From a virus: a stretch of DNA of 64,000 nt. Within the stretch, counting starts at the first letter, position 1. Each line of letters begins with the position of its first letter. The DNA lies in the IMG/VR virus record IMGVR_UViG_3300049783_001054, positions 12,287 to 76,286 of that record; one strand, given 5' to 3'. The notes beneath the pieces are model-generated. The model was not told where the DNA came from and ran no database searches. It saw nothing but the letters and a program-made list of their open reading frames with translations. Positions 48,375 to 56,092 of this stretch are shown here, one piece after another. A program made the position numbers and the translations under genes.

Positions 48375-48623
48375 TTATGTCTTATTCCTAGCTTCGTATT
48401 CTTCAATAATTTTGGCATTCTCTTTTTGAATTTCAAGTACTCTTTCAGCAAGCTGAACACACTCAATGTGTGTGATTGTTTTAGAGAAAACCAACACCCT
48501 ACAAAGTTGATTAGTTTGAAATGTATTAGTTACCATTTTAGCCATATCAAGTTTGTTTTGCTCAACAACATTCAAAGCTTTAAATGAAGCATTGTTCAAC
48601 ATATCTGTAATAAGTTTAGACAT
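48375..48623 (-). CDS. Hypothetical protein
   Basis: Likely start MSKLIT. Confidence 0.55.
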   Translation of the reverse strand: MSKLITDMLNNASFKALNVVEQNKLDMAKMVTNTFQTNQLCRVLVFSKTITHIECVQLAERVLEIQKENAKIIEEYEARNKT

Positions 48624-48948
48624 TGCATTCTTCCTCAACTGATTCAATAGCGAGATCAAACATAGCCAACACATCCTCTTTAGTAGTATCAGATTCATCA
48701 TTATATTCTGTAATCATAGATTGAACATTCATTATACATGGATAACGGATAACTTTTACAAGAGCACGACATACAAGATTCATTTCAGAGTCATAATACT
48801 CTTCAGGGTCATAGTTTACACGCAATGCTTCAATGATTGCACCGTAAGCACAGAAACATGTTTTATCACTATTGCGGAAATCACCTTTAATCCACCCATT
48901 ATCTACAAGGTTACGAGCATGGGTGAGGATAAGTTTAGTTTTACTCAT
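48616..48948 (-). CDS. Hypothetical protein (DUF6197-like)
   Basis: GWIKG...CFCAYGAI...YND...TKEDVLAMFD.AI pattern. Confidence 0.65.
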   Translation of the reverse strand: MSKTKLILTHARNLVDNGWIKGDFRNSDKTCFCAYGAIIEALRVNYDPEEYYDSEMNLVCRALVKVIRYPCIMNVQSMITEYNDESDTTKEDVLAMFDLAIESVEEECNV

Positions 48949-48988
48949 TTGGTTTACCTTTTTATGTCTATCTATCTAAACTAAATAT

Positions 48989-49020
48989 ACGTGCCCCCTC
49001 CGATTAGGAGGGGACACGTT
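48989..49020 (-). terminator. Terminator hairpin after the gp2-like gene
   Basis: ACGTGCCCCCTCC/GGAGGGGACACGT stem. Confidence 0.7.
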
Positions 49021-49027
49021 ATCTTGC

Positions 49028-49423
49028 TTATTCTTCGCCAAACAGTTCCGCAGCGATATCCTTCTTGGCGCTCTTCGGCGTCGGTGCAGACTCTTCTGCT
49101 TCCTGACGACGATACAGCACAATAGGGATATTCAGGACGACATGCTCACCTTCCCCAAGCTTGAGAGCACGCTCACGCATCGCCTCAATGCGGTCATTGA
49201 GAATCATGGTATCAGCCGCGAAGTCCTCACTCATGGAGTTATAGATCTTCTTGGGGATCAGGTCGCTCAGTGCGACACCACGGTTGAACCGAAGGAACTT
49301 CTTTTCACCTTCCTCATCCTGAACGAAGACGCCCGGATTCAGGTAGATACCTTCGTATTCATCAGCAACACGAGTATTGGATTTGGTACGAGTATTGTTG
49401 GAAACGCGTTCGATGACGGACAT
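49028..49423 (-). CDS. N4 gp2-like ssDNA-binding transcription cofactor
   Basis: YLNPG...KFL.F..G.AL..L...L..GE.V.L...LYRR pattern; has its own hairpin promoter and terminator. Confidence 0.75.
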   Translation of the reverse strand: MSVIERVSNNTRTKSNTRVADEYEGIYLNPGVFVQDEEGEKKFLRFNRGVALSDLIPKKIYNSMSEDFAADTMILNDRIEAMRERALKLGEGEHVVLNIPIVLYRRQEAEESAPTPKSAKKDIAAELFGEE

Positions 49424-49465
49424 AGTATGTGATCCTTTCGAGATTCACGAATTGAAGGCGGAAAG

Positions 49466-49485
49466 CCCAAAAAGCCCGCAGGGCT
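49466..49485 (-). promoter_or_regulatory. vRNAP-type hairpin promoter
   Basis: Template (+) strand CCC-AAAA-AGCCC-GCA-GGGCT. Confidence 0.8.
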
Positions 49486-49777
49486 ACTTATTAAGCAAGC
49501 TTCAAGAAAGAAAAGGTTTACACCAATTTCCCTGTTTTGATCTGCTTCTCTGTGAAGGAATCAAACAACATGTTGAAACTCCTCATGTATTCTACAGACG
49601 TAACATCATCTTCGAGGTCATTTTTAAGGAAACGGACAACATCAAGTGTTGCTTGACGAAACTTCAACCTATCAACTTCGTTCATGTTTTGTTCCTAACT
49701 AGAGATCAAACAGGACCATTATAAGTCCAACTGCAAAGGCAGACATAGCTGCCCATTTAATTGCATCGTAAGCCAAG

Positions 49778-49963
49778 TTATTCTTGATCTTTGGCAGCAT
49801 TTTCCAATGCTTGATCCAAGGTGTATCCATGATAGCGACGATTATCAACGTAGACAATAAAGTCTTTTGTTGCATCATCTTGATGGATTGTGACTTTTGT
49901 TTGGGTTCCGTTTTGAACAAATCCCAAACAATCTCTCAAGTTTTCTAGGGTAGTATTATCCAT
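49778..49963 (-). CDS. Hypothetical early protein
   Basis: 61 aa; GAGGAG RBS. Confidence 0.65.
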   Translation of the reverse strand: MDNTTLENLRDCLGFVQNGTQTKVTIHQDDATKDFIVYVDNRRYHGYTLDQALENAAKDQE

Positions 49964-50517
49964 GTTACTTCTCCTCTGATAGTTTATTAGTTAATCCACG
50001 TTTGCCATAGCACATCCAACATGGCTTGAATGTTATAGGTTTGGCAGATTTAAGGTGAAAACCTGACCCTCCACATGCAAGGCAATAGTGCACTATACCC
50101 AACTTACAGCACTCCAATGAAACACATAGTTTCGGTTTTGTTCATCCCATACGATGTATAGGTGACAGCTTCACCACTCTCCAAGAAGACAGGTGCTGAA
50201 GTATCGCTAATCTCTTGAAGTTGAGCGATCAACTGAGCAACAGTCATTGGTTTACGTTTATTGAGCAGCTTAACATTAAGCTGAACAATTACTTGACGTG
50301 TTTTAGATGCCATAGACATGTTTTTCTTCTCCAAGTAAGCATGTATATTAAACGAAAAGGCCCATCACTGCGCCTAGCGGAACGATCACTACACCGATGC
50401 AGCGAAGTGCTAGTTCAATGGTGATACCAACATCAAGCCCATATTCTGCGAGTTTCAGGATATTTACTACCCAGCCAATTAAACCAACAAGCATAACTGC
50501 CACTACAAGTATTACAT

Positions 50518-50925
50518 TCATGGTTTATTCTCCAAGTGTGTGAGTGTGGCTTCAAGAGCCAAGATAAGATCTTTGATATCTTTGAAATAGAAGTTATCAT
50601 TGATACCAATATAAACTGACAGTTTATTGATAGGTTTAATACTGAATAGACCAGTAGATATACCAACAAACTTCTTAGTTGCTGGAACATCTTCAAACAT
50701 GGTTTTGAAGAAGTAGTTTTCAGATTCTTCAACAACCTTATACGTAAGGTTATACTCTGGATGGTTCAAACAAAATCCATTTGGATCAAAGTTAAGGTGG
50801 AATCTGTATTGACCACATTTGTTAGTTCCAAGTCCCCTAAAACTACCATCTGGCTTTACATCACTTACTTTACAGTTGAGCTTTCCAGTAGTTTGGTAAG
50901 TTATACCGTTTTCATATTTAACCAT
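50518..50925 (-). CDS. Hypothetical early protein
   Basis: Likely start MVKYEN after GAGGA. Confidence 0.6.
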   Translation of the reverse strand: MVKYENGITYQTTGKLNCKVSDVKPDGSFRGLGTNKCGQYRFHLNFDPNGFCLNHPEYNLTYKVVEESENYFFKTMFEDVPATKKFVGISTGLFSIKPINKLSVYIGINDNFYFKDIKDLILALEATLTHLENKP

Positions 50926-51105
50926 TTTGGTGATTCCTCTAAGCTTAGACAATACCAAGACGCATTAGTGCATCTAAGGTAACTGTAAGTCCCAAGACTA
51001 AGGGAACAAACTTAAACAACATTGCTGACAGCAGGTTATGTGTGTTCATAGCTGTGGCAATAAAAGTAAGATACATTCCACAGAGGATCTCAACATACTC
51101 GAACA

Positions 51106-51309
51106 TCATTTAATTTCACCTTGCATATCTGCCCAAAGCTCCAACACATCAGCAATGCGCTCCATGCTGTTCATCAGGTTGTTTAGCTTGTCTTCCATCA
51201 AGTTTTCACGTTCTTCACCACATCGGGCTTTTGCCCACTTTTGTTCATGGTGTAGATTACGTTCGGCTTTGAGGCGTTGTTTCTCAACATAGCGTTGCTT
51301 GCCGTTCAT
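51106..51309 (-). CDS. Hypothetical early protein
   Basis: AAGGAATAAACT leader. Confidence 0.65.
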   Translation of the reverse strand: MNGKQRYVEKQRLKAERNLHHEQKWAKARCGEERENLMEDKLNNLMNSMERIADVLELWADMQGEIK

Positions 51310-51402
51310 TAGTTTATTCCTTCTTTAGTATTTTATCTGGAACCAAAAAGAACAGATGTATAGATATACACCTGCTCTTAGTTGTTTAGATTTGAGTTTG
51401 AA

Positions 51403-51726
51403 TCAAAATTTCCTTGGCCTGCAAATATCAGAGACCATACCTTGATCGAGCCTATCAGCATCGGTCATTTGATTCAGTTTATTCAACTCTTGTAGTTTTT
51501 CATCATCAGTTTCATCATCAGTGTTGTCTTCATCTTCCAAGAACATTTCATCCCATTCTTCAGATGTTACACCAGTCATCAAGAATTCTCGCTCATCTGG
51601 TGACAGATCAGGCATAGCATTTTGGATCAGTTCACCATTATTCCAAGCATCCAGTTGATCTTGGGTCACACCGATTTCGAGGGTATTTACTTTACCCGAT
51701 TGCATAGAAGTTTTGGTGATCAGCAT
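51403..51726 (-). CDS. Conserved phage hypothetical protein
   Basis: GELIQNAMPDLSPDEREFLMTG motif recurrent in phages. Confidence 0.75.
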   Translation of the reverse strand: MLITKTSMQSGKVNTLEIGVTQDQLDAWNNGELIQNAMPDLSPDEREFLMTGVTSEEWDEMFLEDEDNTDDETDDEKLQELNKLNQMTDADRLDQGMVSDICRPRKF

Positions 51727-52136
51727 CAGTTTATTCCTTTGTTTAGAAGCAATCTACGTTGATCACCGATGGTATTAATTATATGGTGAAAACGATCAAC
51801 TTGATCTTTTTCTCCGTTCTTGATGCGGGCTTTGGCGTTGAATAACCGCATCCATAGCACGGTCATTTTCGCGTCGTTGTTGATTTCCTTGCCGAGCATA
51901 TGTTTATTCCTTTATTTGGGGTTAACCTAGCAGCCGCTCAGAGCGTCCTCTATGGCGTCATCCACATCCCATGAGTGATCATAGTAGCAGATGGTCAGAA
52001 GCTCATCAGAGGCGCTTTCATGCAGCGAGACACTGAATCCATCCATAGGTTGGGTCTCTTCGTTGATGATGATGTCGGGGTGAACTTTAGCTGTGATGTT
52101 GGACATGGTGTTTAGCTCCTTTTTAAGGTTGGTATT

Positions 52137-52370
52137 TTAGTTAAGTAGATTCAGATTGGGGTTGAGTTCATGAAACTGAGCAATCGCTAGATCACTAATA
52201 TCAACATACTCAGAGTCTTGAACGTTAGCATTATTGAAACGTCTTATTGCTTCAATGTCATACTTACTTCGGTAAGTATTTTCCGGTTCTGCTAAACGAG
52301 TTACTAACATTTTGAGGAATTGGGTCTCAAGATCAGCAATTTTAGGAGCTTTAGGTGTTAACTTAAACAT
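52137..52370 (-). CDS. Hypothetical early protein
   Basis: 77 aa; AGGA RBS. Confidence 0.6.
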   Translation of the reverse strand: MFKLTPKAPKIADLETQFLKMLVTRLAEPENTYRSKYDIEAIRRFNNANVQDSEYVDISDLAIAQFHELNPNLNLLN

Positions 52371-52448
52371 ATTAGATTCCTGTTTAGAGGGGTAATCTAT
52401 CTATCTTTGGACTTCCTGCGGACCCACCTTACGGTAGGTCCGAGGTTG

Positions 52449-52724
52449 TCATTTGACAGATTTGTCCTTCGATTTCCACGCTGCTTTTACAGCGTCGAAG
52501 TTTGAACTCAGGCTTGCGTCTGAGTCCAGTTGTTGATCAACGTCTGCGTTGAATGCCGCTACGTTGAGCTGTGCTTGAGTAGTGATAGTGAGCAGTTGCT
52601 CCTGATGCTTCTCGCTTACATAGTGATTGAGAATGTCGAGTCCTTTATCCAGTGACTCCACGCTACGGGTAGCAGTGGTGAAGATGGACTGAATGAACTT
52701 GGACATGGTGCTGAACATGGACAT
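52449..52724 (-). CDS. N4 gp1-like first early protein
   Basis: First gene after a hairpin promoter; amphipathic S/T-rich N-terminus; GAGGT RBS. Confidence 0.6.
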   Translation of the reverse strand: MSMFSTMSKFIQSIFTTATRSVESLDKGLDILNHYVSEKHQEQLLTITTQAQLNVAAFNADVDQQLDSDASLSSNFDAVKAAWKSKDKSVK

Positions 52725-52749
52725 GAGAGATACCTCGTTATGTTTACAT

Positions 52750-52766
52750 CAGTGAGTCCGCAGGAC
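52750..52766 (-). promoter_or_regulatory. vRNAP-type hairpin promoter (first early promoter)
   Basis: GTCC-GCA-GGAC on the template strand, same GCA loop as the other two promoters. Confidence 0.65.
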
Positions 52767-52920
52767 AGCAACAGAGGTAAGAGAGTGTGTAACATATGGG
52801 GGGCATACTACACCGTATGAGAAGAAGAGGGGGGGTACCCCTCTAGTGTAAGGGGTGTAGTGTAGAAACCCCCCACATCTGTCGATACATGATATTAAAA
52901 TTAAATATAAAAATATAAAA

Positions 52921-53220
52921 TTAAACCCCAGTACCTTTATAAATAATTTTAAAATACTTTGGTAATATATGACTTTGATAAGTCATTACATGTTTAATAT
53001 TTTTAGGATCAGGAATACAAATAACATTTAATAGATTTACTTTATAAAAATCATCATCATATGTTGAAATGAATCTATGTTTCCAAGTTAGAGAGAAAAA
53101 AATAGCAGGCATTACTTCATTTCCATGATTATATTTATAAGAAAATCCAGTAAGTGCTTTTAAACCATTTTCTAATATAACTTTTCTATATTTTGGATTT
53201 GAAGAATGATAACCAATCAT
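52921..53220 (-). CDS. Small ADP-ribosyltransferase-fold (Tpt1/KptA C-lobe-like) protein
   Basis: YHSS......IL.NGL, AIFFS and C-terminal I.P.YF pattern. Confidence 0.5.
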   Translation of the reverse strand: MIGYHSSNPKYRKVILENGLKALTGFSYKYNHGNEVMPAIFFSLTWKHRFISTYDDDFYKVNLLNVICIPDPKNIKHVMTYQSHILPKYFKIIYKGTGV

Positions 53221-53405
53221 AGTTTACCTTTCTTTGATCCACCTACAATTGCTGGTAAAATAATATATTCTACTCCACGTTGAAAACTGTAATTACAATT
53301 TTCAATGTGCGTTTTTGCAGTTTCATAATCACACCTGAAACCAGTATCAATTAAAACTCCTTGAATACCAACTTCATAAACTGCACAAAAATAATTTGTT
53401 GACAT
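53217..53405 (-). CDS. Hypothetical protein
   Basis: 62 aa; ATGA overlap with the downstream ORF. Confidence 0.55.
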   Translation of the reverse strand: MSTNYFCAVYEVGIQGVLIDTGFRCDYETAKTHIENCNYSFQRGVEYIILPAIVGGSKKGKL

Positions 53406-53432
53406 AGTTTTTTTCTTTCTTTATATGATCGG

Positions 53433-53506
53433 TGCGAGCTAGTGTAATGGTAACACACTAGATTCATATTCTAGCACTATGAGTTCAACTCTCATGCTCG
53501 CAACCA
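53433..53506 (+). tRNA. tRNA-Met(CAT)
   Basis: TGCGAGC/GCTCGCA-A-CCA; anticodon arm CTAGA-TTCATAT-TCTAG; T arm ATGAG-TTCAACT-CTCAT. Confidence 0.88.
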
Positions 53507-53604
53507 AGTTTTTGATAGGGATGATACCGATGTTTAATTTTAGTCTAACAGGGTCACGATCTGATAACTCACTGAGTTATTGATTCTTCTTATCTCTTAG
53601 AGAT

Positions 53605-53692
53605 GGGGAGACTCTCCTGTTGGCGAAGGTCGGAGCCTGTAAAGCTCTCGGTAGTCATTCCTGCACTGGTTCGAATCCAGTTCTCCCCACCA
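53605..53692 (+). tRNA. tRNA-Tyr(GTA)
   Basis: GGGGAGA/TCTCCCC-A-CCA; GGAGC-CTGTAAA-GCTCT; long variable arm. Confidence 0.88.
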
Positions 53693-53714
53693 TATACTAG
53701 GAAAATGATTTAGT

Positions 53715-53802
53715 GGAAGGTCTCGCTGTGTGGACAGCAAGCGGTTTTGAACACCGTGTTGACTCCGAGAGGATGAGGGTTCGACTCCTTGGCCTTCCGC
53801 CA
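53715..53802 (+). tRNA. tRNA-Ser(TGA)
   Basis: GGAAGGT/GCCTTCC-G-CCA; GCGGT-TTTGAAC-ACCGT; long variable arm. Confidence 0.85.
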
Positions 53803-53815
53803 TAAACTACTAAAC

Positions 53816-54013
53816 TGGTATGTAAGTTTGAGACTCTCAAACAGTATCACGTTCATACCATCAATTGCATTAACTGTACTCTAGTCACCATCTTATTAAT
53901 GTGGCTGCAATTCATACCCGTTAAATAGTTTATAGGTAAAATTCACGGGCTGATGAACCGATCCAGTTTATGGATAGAGTTCCAATTACTTCTCACACCT
54001 TCCGTGGTGAGAA
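53816..54013. ncRNA. Candidate structured RNA between convergent tRNA groups
   Basis: Consecutive stems TGGTATG/CATACCA, GTTTGAG/CTCAAAC, AGTCAC/GTGGCT, CCCGT/ACGGG, ATCCA/TGGAT and TTCTCAC/GTGAGAA. Confidence 0.45.
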
Positions 54014-54031
54014 CCCTGATAATAATTTTAT

Positions 54032-54105
54032 TGGCTGGGGTACTAGGACTCGAACCTAGATTGGTGGATTCAAAGTCCAATGTCCTACCGTTAGACGATA
54101 CCCCA
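54032..54105 (-). tRNA. tRNA-Gln(TTG)
   Basis: TGGGGTA/TACCCCA-G-CCA; anticodon loop CTTTGAA. Confidence 0.92.
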
Positions 54106-54122
54106 ATAAGGTATTAATGGTG

Positions 54123-54229
54123 TGGTGTTCTAGAAGATTGGATTTGCACCAATGTCTCCTCCTATACGTAGGTATCCTCCTATACAACGATCAGTTATCT
54201 GACAATTATCTCGTTAGACGACTTCTAGA
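54123..54229 (-). ncRNA. tRNA-like RNA with D-loop insertion, copy 1
   Basis: TCTAGAAG/CTTCTAGA acceptor; TC-GTCT-AA D-arm start; insert motif TGTCAGATAACTGATCG; T arm ATTGG-TGCAAAT-CCAAT; 3' ACACCA. Confidence 0.8.
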
Positions 54230-54243
54230 TAGTGTGAAATTAA

Positions 54244-54358
54244 TGGTGGGGTCCGAAAGATTGGATTTACACCAACATTTCCTTCTTTCTTTCAAAGGTG
54301 CCTTTCTATACCTCGATCAGTTGTCTGACAGTAGGAATTATATTAGACGACTTTCAGA
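54244..54358 (-). ncRNA. tRNA-like RNA with D-loop insertion, copy 2
   Basis: TCTGAAAG/CTTTCGGA acceptor; GTCT/AGGC D stem; motif TGTCAGACAACTGATCG; T arm GTTGG-TGTAAAT-CCAAT; 3' CCCCACCA. Confidence 0.8.
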
Positions 54359-54376
54359 TAGTGGGTAGTTAGTAAA

Positions 54377-54493
54377 TTCAAGAGATTGGAATTTCACCAA
54401 TATTTCTGTTCTTAAAAAACAGTGTCTTAGTATAATACGTAACGATAAGTTATCTGACAGTTACGTGTATATTTGTATTAGACGATTCTTGAA
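54377..54493 (-). ncRNA. tRNA-like RNA with D-loop insertion, copy 3 (nominal anticodon TTA)
   Basis: TTCAAGAA/CTCTTGAA acceptor; GTCT/AGAC D stem; ACGTAAC/GTTACGT stem around TGTCAGATAACTTATC; CTGTT-TTTTAAG-AACAG arm; T arm ATTGG-TGAAATT-CCAAT. Confidence 0.8.
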
Positions 54494-54500
54494 TAATGCG

Positions 54501-54576
54501 TGGTCAGGGTAGAAGGATTCGAACCTTCGATCTCTGCATTCCAAGTGCAGCACTTTACCAACTAAGCTACACCCTG
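54501..54576 (-). tRNA. tRNA-Pro(TGG)
   Basis: CAGGGTG/TACCCTG-A-CCA; CTGCA-CTTGGAA-TGCAG. Confidence 0.93.
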
Positions 54577-54613
54577 ATAGTGTGTGAGTTTAAAGAAACT
54601 GTAAAAATATGTT

Positions 54614-54859
54614 TTATTCTTGTTCACTAAGTCCTTCATATGTAAAAAATTTAATATTATGTCTACTAAAAAATCTGCGCTTTTTCGTGTTGTATGAATA
54701 ATCAGAGTGCCATAACCCACTTGTGTGACCAGTAGGGCGGTCACGGCTTTTAGTATTAAAGTGGTAGGGCAAATTGTAATACCCACGCTTGTCCTCGGGT
54801 TGGGGGTCAAGCGGGTTAATTTTTTGTTTTTTAAACCATTTCTTAGGTTTTTGGTTCAT
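54614..54859 (-). CDS. Hypothetical basic protein
   Basis: 81 aa; AGGT RBS. Confidence 0.5.
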   Translation of the reverse strand: MNQKPKKWFKKQKINPLDPQPEDKRGYYNLPYHFNTKSRDRPTGHTSGLWHSDYSYNTKKRRFFSRHNIKFFTYEGLSEQE

Positions 54860-55352
54860 ATTTTTTACCTACAAACTTAACAACAAGTGAAGAATTTATC
54901 TAGGTTGAAGCTACTAAGGCACCCAGTAATTTACGTAAACCTTCTTCTTTCTGCTTACTTGTAAGGAAGTTATGGTAAACAATATCCCAGATATTATTGA
55001 TACAATCCGAAACAGAGTCTTCTTTTACAACACTCATGTTGTTACCTCTCTAAGTTTATATTGATTAGTGTGTGAGGCTTTACCCACAATATTATAGCCA
55101 TTAATCCCATGTAATCATTCATGGTGCGGCGGGTTAAGTATTCTTCATACATGCCGGGCGGACTTTAAAATATTTATATATTTTAAAATTTAAGGTGTGG
55201 TGCAAAAAAAGTAATAACCTTGTAGATCACTGCAAACACAACAAACCCCATCAGAACTACAATAATCATCAATAAACTAAGTTGTAGTATAATGCTAATC
55301 GCAAATAACATATCCATTTTTTTTTATCTCTTTATTCAGTAAATCAAAATTA

Positions 55353-55427
55353 TGGTGCCTCTGGTAGGATTCGAACCTACAACCTGTCCGTTATGAGCGG
55401 ATAGCTCTACCATTAAGCTACAGTGGC
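55353..55427 (-). tRNA. tRNA with CAT anticodon, probably Ile2 (lysidine type)
   Basis: GCCACTG/CAGAGGC-A-CCA; TCCG-CTCATAA-CGGA arm resembles bacterial Ile2. Confidence 0.8.
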
Positions 55428-55430
55428 ATG

Positions 55431-55507
55431 TGGTGGCCCCACAGGGATTCGAACCCCGAACCTAGAGAGTAGAAGTCTCTTGCTCTATCCAGTTGAGCTA
55501 TGGAGCC
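55431..55507 (-). tRNA. tRNA-Arg(TCT)
   Basis: GGCTCCA/TGGGGCC-A-CCA; AGAGA-CTTCTAC-TCTCT. Confidence 0.92.
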
Positions 55508-55517
55508 ATTGGTTTAT

Positions 55518-55799
55518 TTACTTAATGGGTTTGTAAGATGTAATCATTTGTCTTACAGGAACAACTTTTGTAATGGTAATGTATTGATCTACACCATTAC
55601 CAATAATATTTCTATCTTCTTTAACAAGCCAATAAGTATTTGTATCTTTATGATAGTAAATAGCTTCAAAATTTATTGTAAATCCATCTGTATCCACAGG
55701 TTTTGAGTGTTTAATTACTAACCAACTTTCATCATTTTGATAAAGATCTTCTTGGTCATCTCTATTAAGTTTTTGATAGTTAATATTTGAATCAAACAT
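55518..55799 (-). CDS. Hypothetical protein within the tRNA cluster
   Basis: 93 aa; AGGA RBS. Confidence 0.6.
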   Translation of the reverse strand: MFDSNINYQKLNRDDQEDLYQNDESWLVIKHSKPVDTDGFTINFEAIYYHKDTNTYWLVKEDRNIIGNGVDQYITITKVVPVRQMITSYKPIK

Positions 55800-55822
55800 T
55801 AATATAATTTCCTGTTAAATTG

Positions 55823-55906
55823 TGGTGCCCACTGCCGGACTTGAACCGGCACGCCCGAAAGCAAAGGATTTTAAGTCCCGTATGTCTACCATTTCATCAA
55901 GTGGGC
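55823..55906 (-). tRNA. tRNA-Leu(TAA)
   Basis: GCCCACT/AGTGGGC-A-CCA; loop CTTAAAA; long variable arm. Confidence 0.92.
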
Positions 55907-55913
55907 ATTATAT

Positions 55914-56072
55914 TTATTTAGATTTACACTTGTCACATAAACCACCAAGTAAGTCATCTTCATACGGTTCATGTTGCATATTATAAGCAAGGACTTGTGT
56001 GACTGTTGTATTAATCCAAGGTATGAACTTACCACATTCATCACATTTTGGAGCTTCATTACACTTATTCAT
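55914..56072 (-). CDS. Small zinc-ribbon protein
   Basis: CDEC...CDKC; AAGGA RBS; start MNKCNE. Confidence 0.6.
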   Translation of the reverse strand: MNKCNEAPKCDECGKFIPWINTTVTQVLAYNMQHEPYEDDLLGGLCDKCKSK

Positions 56073-56092
56073 GGTTAATTCCTTAGTGTTGT

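Noticed and set aside
53513-53596. Possible extra small RNA between tRNA-Met and tRNA-Tyr
   Set aside because: Only one convincing hairpin (ATAACTC/GAGTTAT) and a weak closing stem, which is not enough to call.
53597-53803. 68-aa minus-strand ORF
   Set aside because: It is antisense to tRNA-Tyr and tRNA-Ser.
53950-53985. CTGATGA as a possible hammerhead ribozyme core
   Set aside because: No GAAA after the following stem and no stem III with a cleavage triplet in the required arrangement.
54117-54368. 83-aa + strand ORF with internal repeats (RLDLHQ...DQLSD)
   Set aside because: The repeats are the antisense shadow of the tRNA-like units, and the variation preserves RNA pairing.
54123-54493. 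Possible mini CRISPR array
   Set aside because: Conserved blocks are short, multiple and interleaved with base-paired variable parts that form a cloverleaf; there is no repeat-spacer periodicity.
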